DNA of 64,000 bases from a candidate division WWE3 bacterium (lineage in GTDB: Bacteria; Patescibacteriota; WWE3; UBA101185; UBA10185): the NCBI GenBank assembly GCA_016182565.1, contig JACPGI010000005.1, forward strand, positions 11,005 through 75,004, in the 5' to 3' direction. The first letter of the stretch is position 1, and every line of letters starts with the position of its first letter. The notes beneath the pieces were generated by a model, which saw only the letters and a list, made by a program, of their open reading frames with translations, ran no database searches and was not told where the DNA came from. Below are positions 18,238 to 28,988 of the stretch, piece after piece. Both the position numbers and the translations under genes were made by a program.

Positions 18238-20025
18238 TCATGACCCAGTAAAGGCGCTTAAAATACTCAGGGCGAGTGGTAAAAGCGCTCCAGAGGTCAG
18301 TGCGGCTGTTCGCACAAAGTCATATCCACGTTCCAAGCCTCTACCTTGACCCCCATTCAAGAATCCGGCGATAAAGGCAAAGGGCAGCACCAGACTGAGG
18401 GTTACCCATAGGGTCTGATTTACACCTGGGGCCAGGAATAAAGCGAGAAGCAGAATCACAATCACTGCTACCCAACCCAAACCGTAAGTAATCCAATCGG
18501 CATATTTAAGCATCTTTTCAGAGTCGTAATGCTTAAATGTGGCGTGGCGACGTCTCGTTTCCTGAAAGTCGAAGAATAAGATCGGAACCACAGTAACGAG
18601 CGCGGCAATCGGCAAACCGAGAAGCCCAACCAGCGTTTTGCTTGTAGGGCCAAATAGGTAATTTACCACGTATACTGCCATGATGTTGTTACCCCAAGAC
18701 CACTCCGTAGAATGTAGAAACGGATTAGCCAGAATGGCAAGATAACGATCTCTGTCTGGTACAGGCATTTGGGTGAAGGCTTTCAGGTTAAATTTGGCTT
18801 CGGATAACAAATTAACAATAGAGCCAACACCTAAAGTCAACACAAAATTTATAACCATTGGTGCCCAGATCATCAACGGGCTCGTGGCGCTTTTGTTATC
18901 TATTAAGACACGGACAATCAGGGCAATAAAGATAAAAAACCCAGAGAGTCCAGCAACCCAGTGGCGTGTAAACAACTCGCCCAAAGCAACCAGCAAAACA
19001 ACCCCAATCAAAAACATTTCGAGCTTTCCTAGTGGCTGATCTTTAGACATCAGGCCGCCGGCGCCAAGCTTATAGGTCAGGGAGTTCAATTTATCGATTA
19101 AGGGTTTGACATTCTCGTCCACCACACCTGCTACCGGGGCAACAGTTTGCCCTGCTACAACCCAATCAAAATAAGCTTGGGGAGCAAAACAAACATCTCC
19201 GGTTCCCTGATCCCAATAGGCATACACTTGTTGCTCGTTGTAGTCACGTCCCACTACTTTAGTTACCACATACAGGTTGGACTGTTTTAATTCCCCACAA
19301 TCTGCAGATTCCATGTCAATACTTCCAAATCCCTGATTTCCTATGTAACTGGGGGCAGGTTGAAGCTGATATACCACAGGCAAACCATCCGCAGTACGCT
19401 CCACAGGAGGTCTGTTCAATGGGCTGGCAGAATTGCCAGTCAACCCACTACTGACTGGGGAGTCACCGGGTAATAAATTAAGCAATGTTGGGCCAAAATA
19501 CAACCCTGCCAATAGCAGTACAACCGCAAGAAGTGAAAAACCAACAATTTGAGCGGTACGCCACATGCTTGCCTTTTTCTGCCCTGCATCAAATGCACTT
19601 GCTTCAGCGCTTTGTTTCTGCTTTTTCTCTTTACTTGCACTACGATAAGCCGCCATTGCCTCAGCCTGTGCATCACTAATAGAAACGCCAGCAAGCTTTG
19701 CAAGTTCCGGAGGCATATCAGTAAGATCATCTGCTTCAAGGTCTGGAAAAACCTCCTGAAGCTGGGAAACAGCATCAGCAAATTTTGTACCTTTTCCGTT
19801 CCACTCCATAAGAATCTGGAGGGGATCGAAAGCTGGTTTGTCAGCAGTTGCAGGTTTCACGGGCAATTTGCTAAATGCCCCCAACAGATAATGGGTAACA
19901 GCCGCAGTCAAATCCTTAAGACGCGGGTCACCTTTTGCGTTTGCAATCCACCTTTCCTCTATCTGAGCCAACGTTGCTAAAAACAATGTAGCCCGTTGCT
20001 CATCAGTGTATACAGTTGTAGCCAT
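18238..20025 (-). CDS. Hypothetical multi-pass membrane protein
   Basis: 595-aa ORF: soluble N-terminus, TM, extracellular domain, then about 7-8 TM. SD GAGAGG; promoter TTGCTA(20131-20126)-N17-TATTAT. Confidence 0.8.
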   Translation of the reverse strand: MATTVYTDEQRATLFLATLAQIEERWIANAKGDPRLKDLTAAVTHYLLGAFSKLPVKPATADKPAFDPLQILMEWNGKGTKFADAVSQLQEVFPDLEADDLTDMPPELAKLAGVSISDAQAEAMAAYRSASKEKKQKQSAEASAFDAGQKKASMWRTAQIVGFSLLAVVLLLAGLYFGPTLLNLLPGDSPVSSGLTGNSASPLNRPPVERTADGLPVVYQLQPAPSYIGNQGFGSIDMESADCGELKQSNLYVVTKVVGRDYNEQQVYAYWDQGTGDVCFAPQAYFDWVVAGQTVAPVAGVVDENVKPLIDKLNSLTYKLGAGGLMSKDQPLGKLEMFLIGVVLLVALGELFTRHWVAGLSGFFIFIALIVRVLIDNKSATSPLMIWAPMVINFVLTLGVGSIVNLLSEAKFNLKAFTQMPVPDRDRYLAILANPFLHSTEWSWGNNIMAVYVVNYLFGPTSKTLVGLLGLPIAALVTVVPILFFDFQETRRRHATFKHYDSEKMLKYADWITYGLGWVAVIVILLLALFLAPGVNQTLWVTLSLVLPFAFIAGFLNGGQGRGLERGYDFVRTAALTSGALLPLALSILSAFTGS

Positions 20026-20217
20026 TTTATCCTCTCGATTCTTATTTATAGTCTTACAAAATGTGGTTTTGTTTGTATGATTAGTTCTTCAATGTTGGCC
20101 GAATAATAAACCTAAAATTGTCTCATAGCAAATTAATGCTTTTTTGCAGCTAAAGTCAGAGTATAAGAGTAATTTTTAATAAAAACTGTGCAACAAGATA
20201 ATACTAAATCGGCTCCT

Positions 20218-22503
20218 CTAAACCTGCGGCCACTCATTCACCACAAGTTCTGCCTCATCATCACTTTTCATATACCCCCACAGTTCCTCAGTCACAAACG
20301 GCATAAATGGGTGCAATAACTTCAAACAGTTTTTAAACACGTATCTAAAAATAGATAGAGCAACATCTTTATCTTGCCTATCTTTGATGTGTTCTATATA
20401 AGAAGCTGCAAGTGAATCCCACATGAAGTGATATATTTTATCGCCAGCTTCACCAAACCTATATTTCTCTAGTTCGGTATCAATTTCGCCAACTAGCTTA
20501 TGCAACTCCCCAACAATTTTTCTATCGGCATCATTTCCTCGCGCTAACACAACATCAGAATATTCCGGAACCACTACTCCACTGCTTTCCTCCAACATAA
20601 ACATAAATCTTGTCATATTCCACAATTTATTTGCAAAGTTACGAAAAGCTATAACTTTATCTTTTGGAAAAGCAAAGTCCTTACCATTTGCTGTACCTGA
20701 AATAAGTCCCATCCTCAAAGCATCGGTTCCGTACTGCTCTTGGTACTCTTCCGGGTTTATGACGTTACCAAGACTTTTACTCATCTTTTTGCCGTCCAAT
20801 GCTTTTACAATCCCGTGCAAATATACATCTTTAAACGGGGATTTACCGGTAAGATATATCCCAAACATAATCATCCTTGAAACCCAAAAACGTATTATTT
20901 CCCAACCCGTCTCCAAAACACTTGTAGGATAAAAATAATTAAAATCCTCTGAGTCCGGATAGTGCAAAGTAACAAGAGGCCACTGACCACTACTAAACCA
21001 AGTGTCAAAAGTATCAGTTTCAGGCAAAAAATCCTCGGCAGTACTATCACTAAGTTTTGGATCCTCACTACTTATCACATACTTTGCATTTTTTGGAGCT
21101 ATCAAGGTCTGTAAGCCGTTTTTAATTTCTGCAAAATTATGGTCTTTTAGTAAGTCGCCCAATGTCCCATTTAACACTTTCCCATCAGCGCTCAAAAAAG
21201 ATACAACAAGTTCGGGATTTTCTTTTGCGCTATACCAAACGGGAATTCTGATCCCCCATACAACTTGCCTACTTATTGGCCAGTCACGCATTTCTTCCAT
21301 CCACTGCGTATATGTAACTTCACGCCACTTTGGGTATATTGTAATGTCTCCATTAAGTACAGCATCAAGCGCTGGTTTTTTAAGAGTTTCGACTTTTACA
21401 AACCAGTTAGGAAGAACCATTGGTTCTATGTCTCCTCCTTTGTAGGATACAGAAACGCCGTGCACATATTTTTCATCAATTTTTTCGATAAAGCCTTTGG
21501 CCTGCAAAATTTCTACTGCTTTTTTTCTAGCTTTAGTTACATAAAGGCCAGCAAGCTCTCCAGCTTCAGGGATATTTAAGACTTTTCCACGCATATCTAT
21601 TGCGGTAAGGATTGGTAAGTTGTGCCTTCTTGCTACATCAAAATCATTTTTATCATGGGCCGGGGTAAGTTTTACAACACCAGTTCCAAAAGCAGGATCC
21701 ACAAAGCTATCGGCAATTATATTCATAGTAGCGCCGGTTAATGGATTTGAAACCTGTCTTCCTATAAGCCATTTTTTGGATTCATCACTTGGGTTAACTG
21801 CCAAATGAGTATCGATAAAAATAGGCTCAGGGCGCACAGTAGCACATACCACAAATTCTACTTCACCATCTTTCCTATCAAGAAGAGGATACCTAACATA
21901 ATAAAAGGGGTCATTTCTTTCTTCAGTTTTCACTTCAAGATCAGCAAAAGTCGTACCATCTTTTGGAGAGAAGTTAACTATGTAATTGTCTCGGTAAATG
22001 AGTCCATCATCATGCATTTTTTTGAAAGTTGCATGAACTGTTTTTATGACGTGTGGATCAAGTGTAAAAGTATATCTGGACCAGTCAACACTTGCCCCCA
22101 TTTTTTTAAGCTGATCTTCTATTATTCCTTTATTTTGCTGAACAAATTCCCAAATATTGTTATATAAAGTTTCTCTATCAAAATCAAAACGAGATTTACC
22201 TTGTTTTTTAAGTTCTCTTTCGTAGGTGACCTGCGTTTCAAAACCAGCATGATCAGTGCCAGGAAGCCATAACGCACTATAGCCTTTCATTCTTTTCCAG
22301 CGAATTAAAAGATCTTCTATTGCTACCATGAGTACATTTCCGGTGTGCATTCGCCCACTTGCATTTGGTGGAGGAAGAACAATTGTATATGGAATCTTCT
22401 TTGGATCGCGAGTAGCCATAAAAAGACCTTTTTCTTCCCACATCTTATAAATCTTTGGTTCTATTTCTTTGTGATTAAATTGTTTTGGTAGCTGGGGTGA
22501 CAT
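20218..22503 (-). CDS. valS: Valine--tRNA ligase
   Basis: PPPNASGRMHTGN (HIGH variant), GTDHAG, DWPISRQ, DTWFSS and KMSKS motifs. Confidence 0.97.
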   Translation of the reverse strand: MSPQLPKQFNHKEIEPKIYKMWEEKGLFMATRDPKKIPYTIVLPPPNASGRMHTGNVLMVAIEDLLIRWKRMKGYSALWLPGTDHAGFETQVTYERELKKQGKSRFDFDRETLYNNIWEFVQQNKGIIEDQLKKMGASVDWSRYTFTLDPHVIKTVHATFKKMHDDGLIYRDNYIVNFSPKDGTTFADLEVKTEERNDPFYYVRYPLLDRKDGEVEFVVCATVRPEPIFIDTHLAVNPSDESKKWLIGRQVSNPLTGATMNIIADSFVDPAFGTGVVKLTPAHDKNDFDVARRHNLPILTAIDMRGKVLNIPEAGELAGLYVTKARKKAVEILQAKGFIEKIDEKYVHGVSVSYKGGDIEPMVLPNWFVKVETLKKPALDAVLNGDITIYPKWREVTYTQWMEEMRDWPISRQVVWGIRIPVWYSAKENPELVVSFLSADGKVLNGTLGDLLKDHNFAEIKNGLQTLIAPKNAKYVISSEDPKLSDSTAEDFLPETDTFDTWFSSGQWPLVTLHYPDSEDFNYFYPTSVLETGWEIIRFWVSRMIMFGIYLTGKSPFKDVYLHGIVKALDGKKMSKSLGNVINPEEYQEQYGTDALRMGLISGTANGKDFAFPKDKVIAFRNFANKLWNMTRFMFMLEESSGVVVPEYSDVVLARGNDADRKIVGELHKLVGEIDTELEKYRFGEAGDKIYHFMWDSLAASYIEHIKDRQDKDVALSIFRYVFKNCLKLLHPFMPFVTEELWGYMKSDDEAELVVNEWPQV

Positions 22504-22577
22504 CTTGTCAGATTTTAACATGTACTAGAGAGAGAATCAGTATTTTAAAGGAATCTAAAGTAGACTAGAATAGATAA

Positions 22578-23930
22578 ATGCCAAATAATAAAAATGCACA
22601 AAATGAAGAAGACGTCGATGAAACACTAAATGAAACGGTTGAAAAGGAACCACCTGAACACAGAGAGGCAAGAAAAGAGATGTTGGACGCATTGGCTGAG
22701 GCGGCAGACATCAAACAGATGCCATGGGAAAGTAAAGAAAATCTTGCTTGGCTTCTTGCGGGATATATACAAAGCAAGCCAGACTTAGCAGATAAAGATC
22801 GCATAGATTTTATCCTAACTAAACCGGAGGGAGAAAGATTACTTTATAAAGATGCTTGGAAAAGCTTTCAAGAAAAAATAGACCAAATTGACCCTAGTGT
22901 TATAAAAGAAAAAATTATGGCGCTTGAGAAAAATCGGGACCTATATATGCAATTAGAAAGGGGGATCCAAAAGAGACAAAGCCAGATTGAAGTGGCAATT
23001 TCCGGTAGATACACCCAGGAAGAATTAGAAGATGCTAAACAACTTGGTGAAATACTTCTGAAGGCTATAATCAAAACCAGACCAACAAAACCTGGGGATG
23101 CTTTAGACGGCAATTTTATTGGTATGGAAATCAATAGAGCTTCTTTAAAAAACAATAGGTTAGTAGCGATAAGTAGTAAGGTTGGGAATATGAGACCTGG
23201 TGATAGGCCACACGAAATAATACTTCCAGAAAACCTACATATATCAAGAAATGATAAAGCAATGGAAATAGGTGATAGAACACTAAGACTAGGGGACACA
23301 ATCAACATTCCAGTATTTGAAAGGCCAATCGACAATAAGACGCCTGCAAAAACCAAGGGGTGGATTTCAATTAAACTTGGGATATCAAATAAAGAGGCAG
23401 AAGCTATAAGACAAAGTTTTATATATAGAAAAAAAGGTGAGGAAGGAAATAAACCAGGAGTTGAATCTCCTGTAGAAAAAGGTAATTCAAAATTGAAAGC
23501 GGCAGAAGAAAATGAGGAACTACCAGTTAACATAGTGGTGAAACAATACTCAGGAACAAACATCGAACAAGAAGAAAAAAATATTCTAAAAGTAGATGGG
23601 CGTATTCCACTTAGTGTAAGGGGCAATGCCGGTACTTACACAATCTTAAAATTGGAGACCTACGAAACTGAAACTGTTTTTAAAAGTGCGGAAGAGCGAG
23701 AAGCTAGAATAGACTCAGTTGCAAAAGAACTTGCCAAAAATATTGCAGAAAACACAGGTGACTTACCCCTTGAAATAATACTTAGACAGATACCAAGGCT
23801 TTGCAGAACCATACCAGACATGGATAACGGAGATATATCCCCAAGAACCCAAAAATATCTAAGAGAACTTGCACCAAGACTTGAAAATGCATTAAGACTA
23901 AAATATACAGGAACTGTCAGACCAAAATAA
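22578..23930 (+). CDS. Hypothetical charged soluble protein
   Basis: 450-aa ORF, E/K-rich, no motif recognised. Confidence 0.7.
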   Translation: MPNNKNAQNEEDVDETLNETVEKEPPEHREARKEMLDALAEAADIKQMPWESKENLAWLLAGYIQSKPDLADKDRIDFILTKPEGERLLYKDAWKSFQEKIDQIDPSVIKEKIMALEKNRDLYMQLERGIQKRQSQIEVAISGRYTQEELEDAKQLGEILLKAIIKTRPTKPGDALDGNFIGMEINRASLKNNRLVAISSKVGNMRPGDRPHEIILPENLHISRNDKAMEIGDRTLRLGDTINIPVFERPIDNKTPAKTKGWISIKLGISNKEAEAIRQSFIYRKKGEEGNKPGVESPVEKGNSKLKAAEENEELPVNIVVKQYSGTNIEQEEKNILKVDGRIPLSVRGNAGTYTILKLETYETETVFKSAEEREARIDSVAKELAKNIAENTGDLPLEIILRQIPRLCRTIPDMDNGDISPRTQKYLRELAPRLENALRLKYTGTVRPK

Positions 23931-23971
23931 TCCTAGTTAACGCCTTTTCCCCATCGTGATAAACTATACCC

Positions 23972-25219
23972 ATGCTTTACTCCTCAATGCTAGGCAAAAC
24001 TAAAAAAGAAGCTCCAAAAGATGAAGAAAGCATCAGCGCCCAACTTCTTCTGCGTGGTGGTTTTATTCAAAAAGAAATTGCAGGTGTTTATACATTTCTT
24101 CCACTTGGCTACAAAGTTTTACAAAAAATTATCCAAATAATTCGCGAGGAGATGAATGCTATTGGAGGTCAAGAAATGCTTCTTGGCTCTTTACAAGGTA
24201 AAGATATCTGGGAAACCTCCAAAAGATGGGGTGATGAAGAAGTAGATGTGTGGTTTAAAACAAAATTAAAAAATGGTACAGAGCTTGGCCTTGCTTTTTC
24301 TCATGAAGAGCCTTTAGTAAATGTTTTAAGCAAAGAAATAAAGTCTCATAGAGATTTACCACTTTACGCTTACCAATTCCAAAATAAATTTAGAAATGAG
24401 CTTCGCGCCAAAGGGGGTCTTCTTAGAACACGTGAGTTTATCATGAAGGATATGTACTCATTTGATAAGTCGGAAGCAGATTTTGAAATATTTTATGAGA
24501 AAGCAAAACAAGCATATATAAAAGTGTTTAATAGAGTTGGGATTGGCGAAAAAACTTACCTTACTTTTGCGAGTGGTGGAAGTTTTAGTAAGTTTAGTCA
24601 TGAGTTTCAAACTGTGTGTAGTGCAGGTGAAGACACAATTTATGTAAGCAAAGAAAAAAATCTTGCAGTCAACAAAGAAGTTTTTACTGATGAAGTGCTA
24701 CAAGAACTTGGGCTAGATAAAAAGAGTTTGGAAGAAGTAAAAGCCGTAGAAGTGGGGAACATCTTCCCGCTGAAAACTAAATTTTCAGATGCCGGAAATC
24801 TTAAATTCTCAGATAAGAATGGGGAAGAGCAAAAAGTTATCATGGGATGTTATGGAATAGGACCATCCAGGCTTATGGCAACAGTTATAGAGTTATATCA
24901 CGACAACAATGGTATGGTGTGGCCAGAAAATATAGCACCATTTCAAATACATTTGGTGGGATTAAATCTTGAAGATGAAACTACAAATAAATACGCATAT
25001 GAGATTTATAACAAGCTCCTTGAGGCTAAAGTTGATGTGTTGTTTGACAACAGAGTAGATGCAAGTGCAGGACAAAAGTTTGCGGACGCAGATCTAATAG
25101 GAATTCCTACAAGGGTGGTTGTCTCTAAAAAACTTGGACAAGACTTAGAAGTTAAAAAAAGAGGTGAAGAAAGCAGTAAGCAATTAGACATGCGGGGGTT
25201 TCTTGGGCTATTTAAATAA
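23972..25219 (+). CDS. proS: Proline--tRNA ligase (short form without editing domain)
   Basis: KFRNELRAKGGLLRTREFIMKDMYSF, MGCYGIG and KFADADLIGIP motifs. Confidence 0.96.
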   Translation: MLYSSMLGKTKKEAPKDEESISAQLLLRGGFIQKEIAGVYTFLPLGYKVLQKIIQIIREEMNAIGGQEMLLGSLQGKDIWETSKRWGDEEVDVWFKTKLKNGTELGLAFSHEEPLVNVLSKEIKSHRDLPLYAYQFQNKFRNELRAKGGLLRTREFIMKDMYSFDKSEADFEIFYEKAKQAYIKVFNRVGIGEKTYLTFASGGSFSKFSHEFQTVCSAGEDTIYVSKEKNLAVNKEVFTDEVLQELGLDKKSLEEVKAVEVGNIFPLKTKFSDAGNLKFSDKNGEEQKVIMGCYGIGPSRLMATVIELYHDNNGMVWPENIAPFQIHLVGLNLEDETTNKYAYEIYNKLLEAKVDVLFDNRVDASAGQKFADADLIGIPTRVVVSKKLGQDLEVKKRGEESSKQLDMRGFLGLFK

Positions 25220-25250
25220 GAGGTTTCGGTTTAACTACCTATACTCAACA

Positions 25251-26558
25251 TTAAAATGCAGAAAGGGTACTTCTCTTCCAAGTGTCTGTTGCCACACATA
25301 CATACACATAACCAGAATCCCATACTATCTCGCCTTGACTACAACTTTCAGAAGAATTAGCTGGGGTTTTTGAATCTCTTAACCGTACTGTGTCACCATC
25401 TATATCCAGTAGCTCAGTGGGATTTATATCAGGACCTATACCAAGATTACCACCATTTTCTAATACTAAGTCTATAGTACCACCGTCTCCAGCGTAAAAA
25501 CCAAGGCCATCGCCAAAGTTTGTGAAATAACTTTCTACAGCACCTCTAGTTAAAGCTAAACCAGAGTTTCCTTCGGTACTCTCAACTTCTACATAGTTCG
25601 TAGATGTGTCATATATATGTAGTTTTCTACTACTGTCCGGTGTAGCAGTACCAATACCAACATTACCATCTGCAGTGATTGTAAGACGAGAAATGCTGTT
25701 GTTTGTATAAAAATTAAGAGGGTCATCGGATACTGTACCAAACCACCCCCCTGTCGGAGAAACGTATGTACTAAGCCTTCTTGTGCCATCTGTGTGTTCG
25801 ACACCATAACTAGAAGCGGCTGTTTTAACAGTAAGTTTAGTTGCTGGAGAGTCGGTACCAATACCAACGCTTGTTACATCCTCATCAGTAGAGAGGATAT
25901 TGTCGTCGAAACCCCAATAATTGCTGGAATTCAATTTAAATTTATCGCCGTCACTTCCTTTAAAATACAAAGATTTACCATCATTAGTAGTATATAAAAG
26001 ACCAAACATACTGCCATCCTCAGAATCTTCGGGATGCTCTGACTGAGAGTCTAATTGCATGACACCACCAATACTTAAATCCCCATCTTTAGAAAGTTTC
26101 ATAACATCAGTCCCATTAAGAGCGTCTTTTGCTTTGATAAGATATTCAGCAGTATTTCCTGTATTACCAGAAACAACTAGTGGTGTTAGATCGTTTTTAG
26201 TACCACTTATATCAAGTGGGGAAGAAACAAGCTGTCTTTTATCAGTAGTACTTAATACATAGTTACCATAATTTGTAGATAGTGTATTTACCACATTTGA
26301 GGTAGTAGTACCTAAAACATTGCTTGGTAAGTTATTAGAATCTGCCTTAAAGTTATTTTCTATAGAATTATTGGGGCTAAGTGAACTTGAACTATCTAGA
26401 ACATTTAGACCAAACTCTGCTTTCAAAGTTTCAGAGCTAATATTTTTGTCTAAAGAATCTTTATGATTTATATAATCAAAAATCCCCACTACTAAAGTAG
26501 CACAAAATATCCCCAAAAATATACTGATATTTCTTGTGAAGTTGCCCCTACTAAACAT
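25251..26558 (-). CDS. Membrane-anchored surface protein with tail-fibre-like GNVGIGT repeats
   Basis: N-terminal TM; SVGIGTDSP, GNVGIGTATP and GNLGIGP repeats; C-terminal GEIVWDSGYVYVCVATDTWKR motif. Confidence 0.7.
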   Translation of the reverse strand: MFSRGNFTRNISIFLGIFCATLVVGIFDYINHKDSLDKNISSETLKAEFGLNVLDSSSSLSPNNSIENNFKADSNNLPSNVLGTTTSNVVNTLSTNYGNYVLSTTDKRQLVSSPLDISGTKNDLTPLVVSGNTGNTAEYLIKAKDALNGTDVMKLSKDGDLSIGGVMQLDSQSEHPEDSEDGSMFGLLYTTNDGKSLYFKGSDGDKFKLNSSNYWGFDDNILSTDEDVTSVGIGTDSPATKLTVKTAASSYGVEHTDGTRRLSTYVSPTGGWFGTVSDDPLNFYTNNSISRLTITADGNVGIGTATPDSSRKLHIYDTSTNYVEVESTEGNSGLALTRGAVESYFTNFGDGLGFYAGDGGTIDLVLENGGNLGIGPDINPTELLDIDGDTVRLRDSKTPANSSESCSQGEIVWDSGYVYVCVATDTWKRSTLSAF

Positions 26559-26604
26559 TTTTAAATTATCTATGAGGCAGTGTTAAAAAACAATATACAA
26601 AAGG

Positions 26605-27624
26605 TTAGTCCATAATCCCAAGTGCGGGGTTTGCATCAATTTCTTCTAGTTCAACAGGTTTATTTATAAAATAAGCAGCACTCGCTATATAAACTGCGTT
26701 ATCCGTACAGTATTTCATTGGCGGTATATGCAGACTAACATTAATCCCTCTCACATCTTTCTCAAGTCTCTCTCGTAAATTTATGTTAGCAGCTACACCC
26801 CCACCAATAACCAAAGATTTAACATTATATTTGTTTATAGCTTTTAGAATTTTTGACGACACCACATCCCCAACAGCATTTTCAAACTCTCTAGCAACAC
26901 TTTGGATAAACTCAGTAGATTCACCAGAAAAAGATTTATCCCCTTCAATAAGTCTTTTTACTGCAGTCTTTAGCCCAGAAAAAGAAAAATCAAAATCATC
27001 ATCACGCATTTTTGGACGAGGCAACTTGCCCTCAAAAAGATTCTTCTCACACAAAGCCGCAAGCCCAGATAATTCCGCACCACCAAGATATTTCTTTAGA
27101 CCTAAAAGTCTTGCGGTTTTATCAAAAGCTTCACCAGCAGCGTCATCCAAGGTACCACCTAAATATTTAAAATCCCCATGCCTGTGCATCAAAACAAGAT
27201 CAGTGTGACCCCCACTTATAACAAGCGCTAATGCTGGAAATTCAGGTAACTTAGAGGACTCAACCCAATTTGCATAAATATGGCCTATTAAATGATTCAC
27301 CGGAACTAAGGGTTTTTTATAAATAAAGGCAAGTGACTTAGCCGCCGCCACCCCAACAACCAATGATCCAATAAGTCCTGGGCCAGTAGTTACAGCAAAT
27401 GCATCAATGTCCTCCATCTTTAATTTGGGATTTTTAATTGTCTCCTCAATCACAGGTACAATTGATTCAACTTGTTTTCTCGCAGCAACCTCGGGAATAA
27501 TTCCCCCGGTCTTTTCGTGCAACTCTTTGGAGGTAGCGATGGTAGACGATAGCAACTTGGTACCATCTTCCACAATGGCTGCTGCTGTTTCGTCACAAGA
27601 AGTTTCAATGGCAAAAATTTTCAT
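26605..27624 (-). CDS. tsaD: tRNA N6-threonylcarbamoyladenosine transferase TsaD
   Basis: IETSCDETAAA, NHLIGH, SGGHT, DDAAGEAFDK, FSFSGLKT and CTDNA motifs. Confidence 0.97.
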   Translation of the reverse strand: MKIFAIETSCDETAAAIVEDGTKLLSSTIATSKELHEKTGGIIPEVAARKQVESIVPVIEETIKNPKLKMEDIDAFAVTTGPGLIGSLVVGVAAAKSLAFIYKKPLVPVNHLIGHIYANWVESSKLPEFPALALVISGGHTDLVLMHRHGDFKYLGGTLDDAAGEAFDKTARLLGLKKYLGGAELSGLAALCEKNLFEGKLPRPKMRDDDFDFSFSGLKTAVKRLIEGDKSFSGESTEFIQSVAREFENAVGDVVSSKILKAINKYNVKSLVIGGGVAANINLRERLEKDVRGINVSLHIPPMKYCTDNAVYIASAAYFINKPVELEEIDANPALGIMD

Positions 27625-27650
27625 AGGAGAATTATACGCAATTTACAAAT

Positions 27651-28988
27651 CTACTTACCTGTCTCTTCTGTAGGGGCCGGGTTTAAAAGTTCTTCTTTTG
27701 CTGCCTTAAGTGCAGTTTCTGCAGTTATCGGTTCTTGGCTTTCATAAATCAATTTTATAGCTTTTTTTACAACCTCTTCTTGGGCTCTATTTCCCGATCT
27801 TCCTGCCATTTCAGAACTCGCGGCAGTTGGGGCTGACTGCATCAGTGGCCCAAGATATTTATCACCCGAAAGATCGTTGGATAATGAGGTTAGTGCATAA
27901 GGAACCCCAAATGGTCTTACTTTAGACCCTTCCTCAAACAAGGCCTTCTCGGACACGTCTGTTGTCAAATAATTCAGGAATTTCCACGCATCAGCTTTGT
28001 GAGCACTGTTTTTCGGTACAACATACATCCAAAAACTCCCCCAATTTACAGGACTACTTGGTAACGCTTGGGGTACGGGAGCGACTCCGATATCAAGATT
28101 TGGATTTGCAGCTAAAATATCTATAATCTGCCAGCTTGGTATAAAAATCATCGAAACTTGTCCGTTTACAAAAGCGGTACTTGCCTCAGGGAAGTCAGAT
28201 CGCCATACCTTGTGGTCTTTCATCATTGAAATATAAAAAGAGAAGGCATCTTGAGCAGGAATAGAATCCATCCCTTCAGGAAACTTAACACCAGCTTGTG
28301 CCCACATTAAACCAATAATATCGGAAAAGTGAGCAATATTATCAGCATACCCTATGGCGGCACCTGCCCGTACTAGATTTGATTTACGCTCATCGGAAAA
28401 CTTCGTCAAAGAAATTGCCACCCTTCTAAATTCTTCCCATGCCGTAGGGGCGACAACTTGATTGATCTCTGCGAAATGCTCTTTATTGTACACAAGTACA
28501 AGACCATCATAATAAGCGGGAATCGCATAAACCTTGTCGGAAGAAACAGCAGAATAGGAAGCTGATGGGTAAAAAAGCTCAGAGTATTTTTGAGCAGTAA
28601 TCATACTAGTTGGCATAGGTTCAAGATAATTTGAGGCAATAAGTTTTGGAACCCAACTATTATGAACCATCACAATATCCGCCTCCCACTCTTTCTGCTC
28701 GAGTCTTGAAAAAACCCTTTTTTTGTATTCAACCAACCCGTTGAGATTTAAAACGGACATATCTTGATATTTAAGCGCCACATTGGAAACTGTTTTTTTG
28801 TACTCGTTAAGAATAGCGTTGTAAACATAATCCTTTTCCCAAAGTCCCCACATAGTAAGTTCCACAGGTCCGCGATTAGCACCGGTAAGATACTTACCGA
28901 TTACAGGAAGGTCCTGAATTGTACAGGCGGTTAATAAGAAGGGTAAAGTTGTAAGTAAAACAAGTGTCTTAATCTTATACTTTGGCAT
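27651..28988 (-). CDS. Extracellular solute-binding lipoprotein (sugar-binding family 1-like)
   Basis: Lipobox LLTAC; LVYNKEHF...PTAWEEF, FVNGQVSMIF and AWKFLNYL motifs. Confidence 0.85.
   Translation of the reverse strand: MPKYKIKTLVLLTTLPFLLTACTIQDLPVIGKYLTGANRGPVELTMWGLWEKDYVYNAILNEYKKTVSNVALKYQDMSVLNLNGLVEYKKRVFSRLEQKEWEADIVMVHNSWVPKLIASNYLEPMPTSMITAQKYSELFYPSASYSAVSSDKVYAIPAYYDGLVLVYNKEHFAEINQVVAPTAWEEFRRVAISLTKFSDERKSNLVRAGAAIGYADNIAHFSDIIGLMWAQAGVKFPEGMDSIPAQDAFSFYISMMKDHKVWRSDFPEASTAFVNGQVSMIFIPSWQIIDILAANPNLDIGVAPVPQALPSSPVNWGSFWMYVVPKNSAHKADAWKFLNYLTTDVSEKALFEEGSKVRPFGVPYALTSLSNDLSGDKYLGPLMQSAPTAASSEMAGRSGNRAQEEVVKKAIKLIYESQEPITAETALKAAKEELLNPAPTEETGK

Noticed and set aside
22868-23626. 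252-aa minus-strand ORF, and similar shadow ORFs inside groEL, valS, tsaD, rplY and virB4
   Set aside because: They lie fully antisense to longer or recognisable genes and have the Ser/Phe/Leu-rich composition typical of shadow frames.
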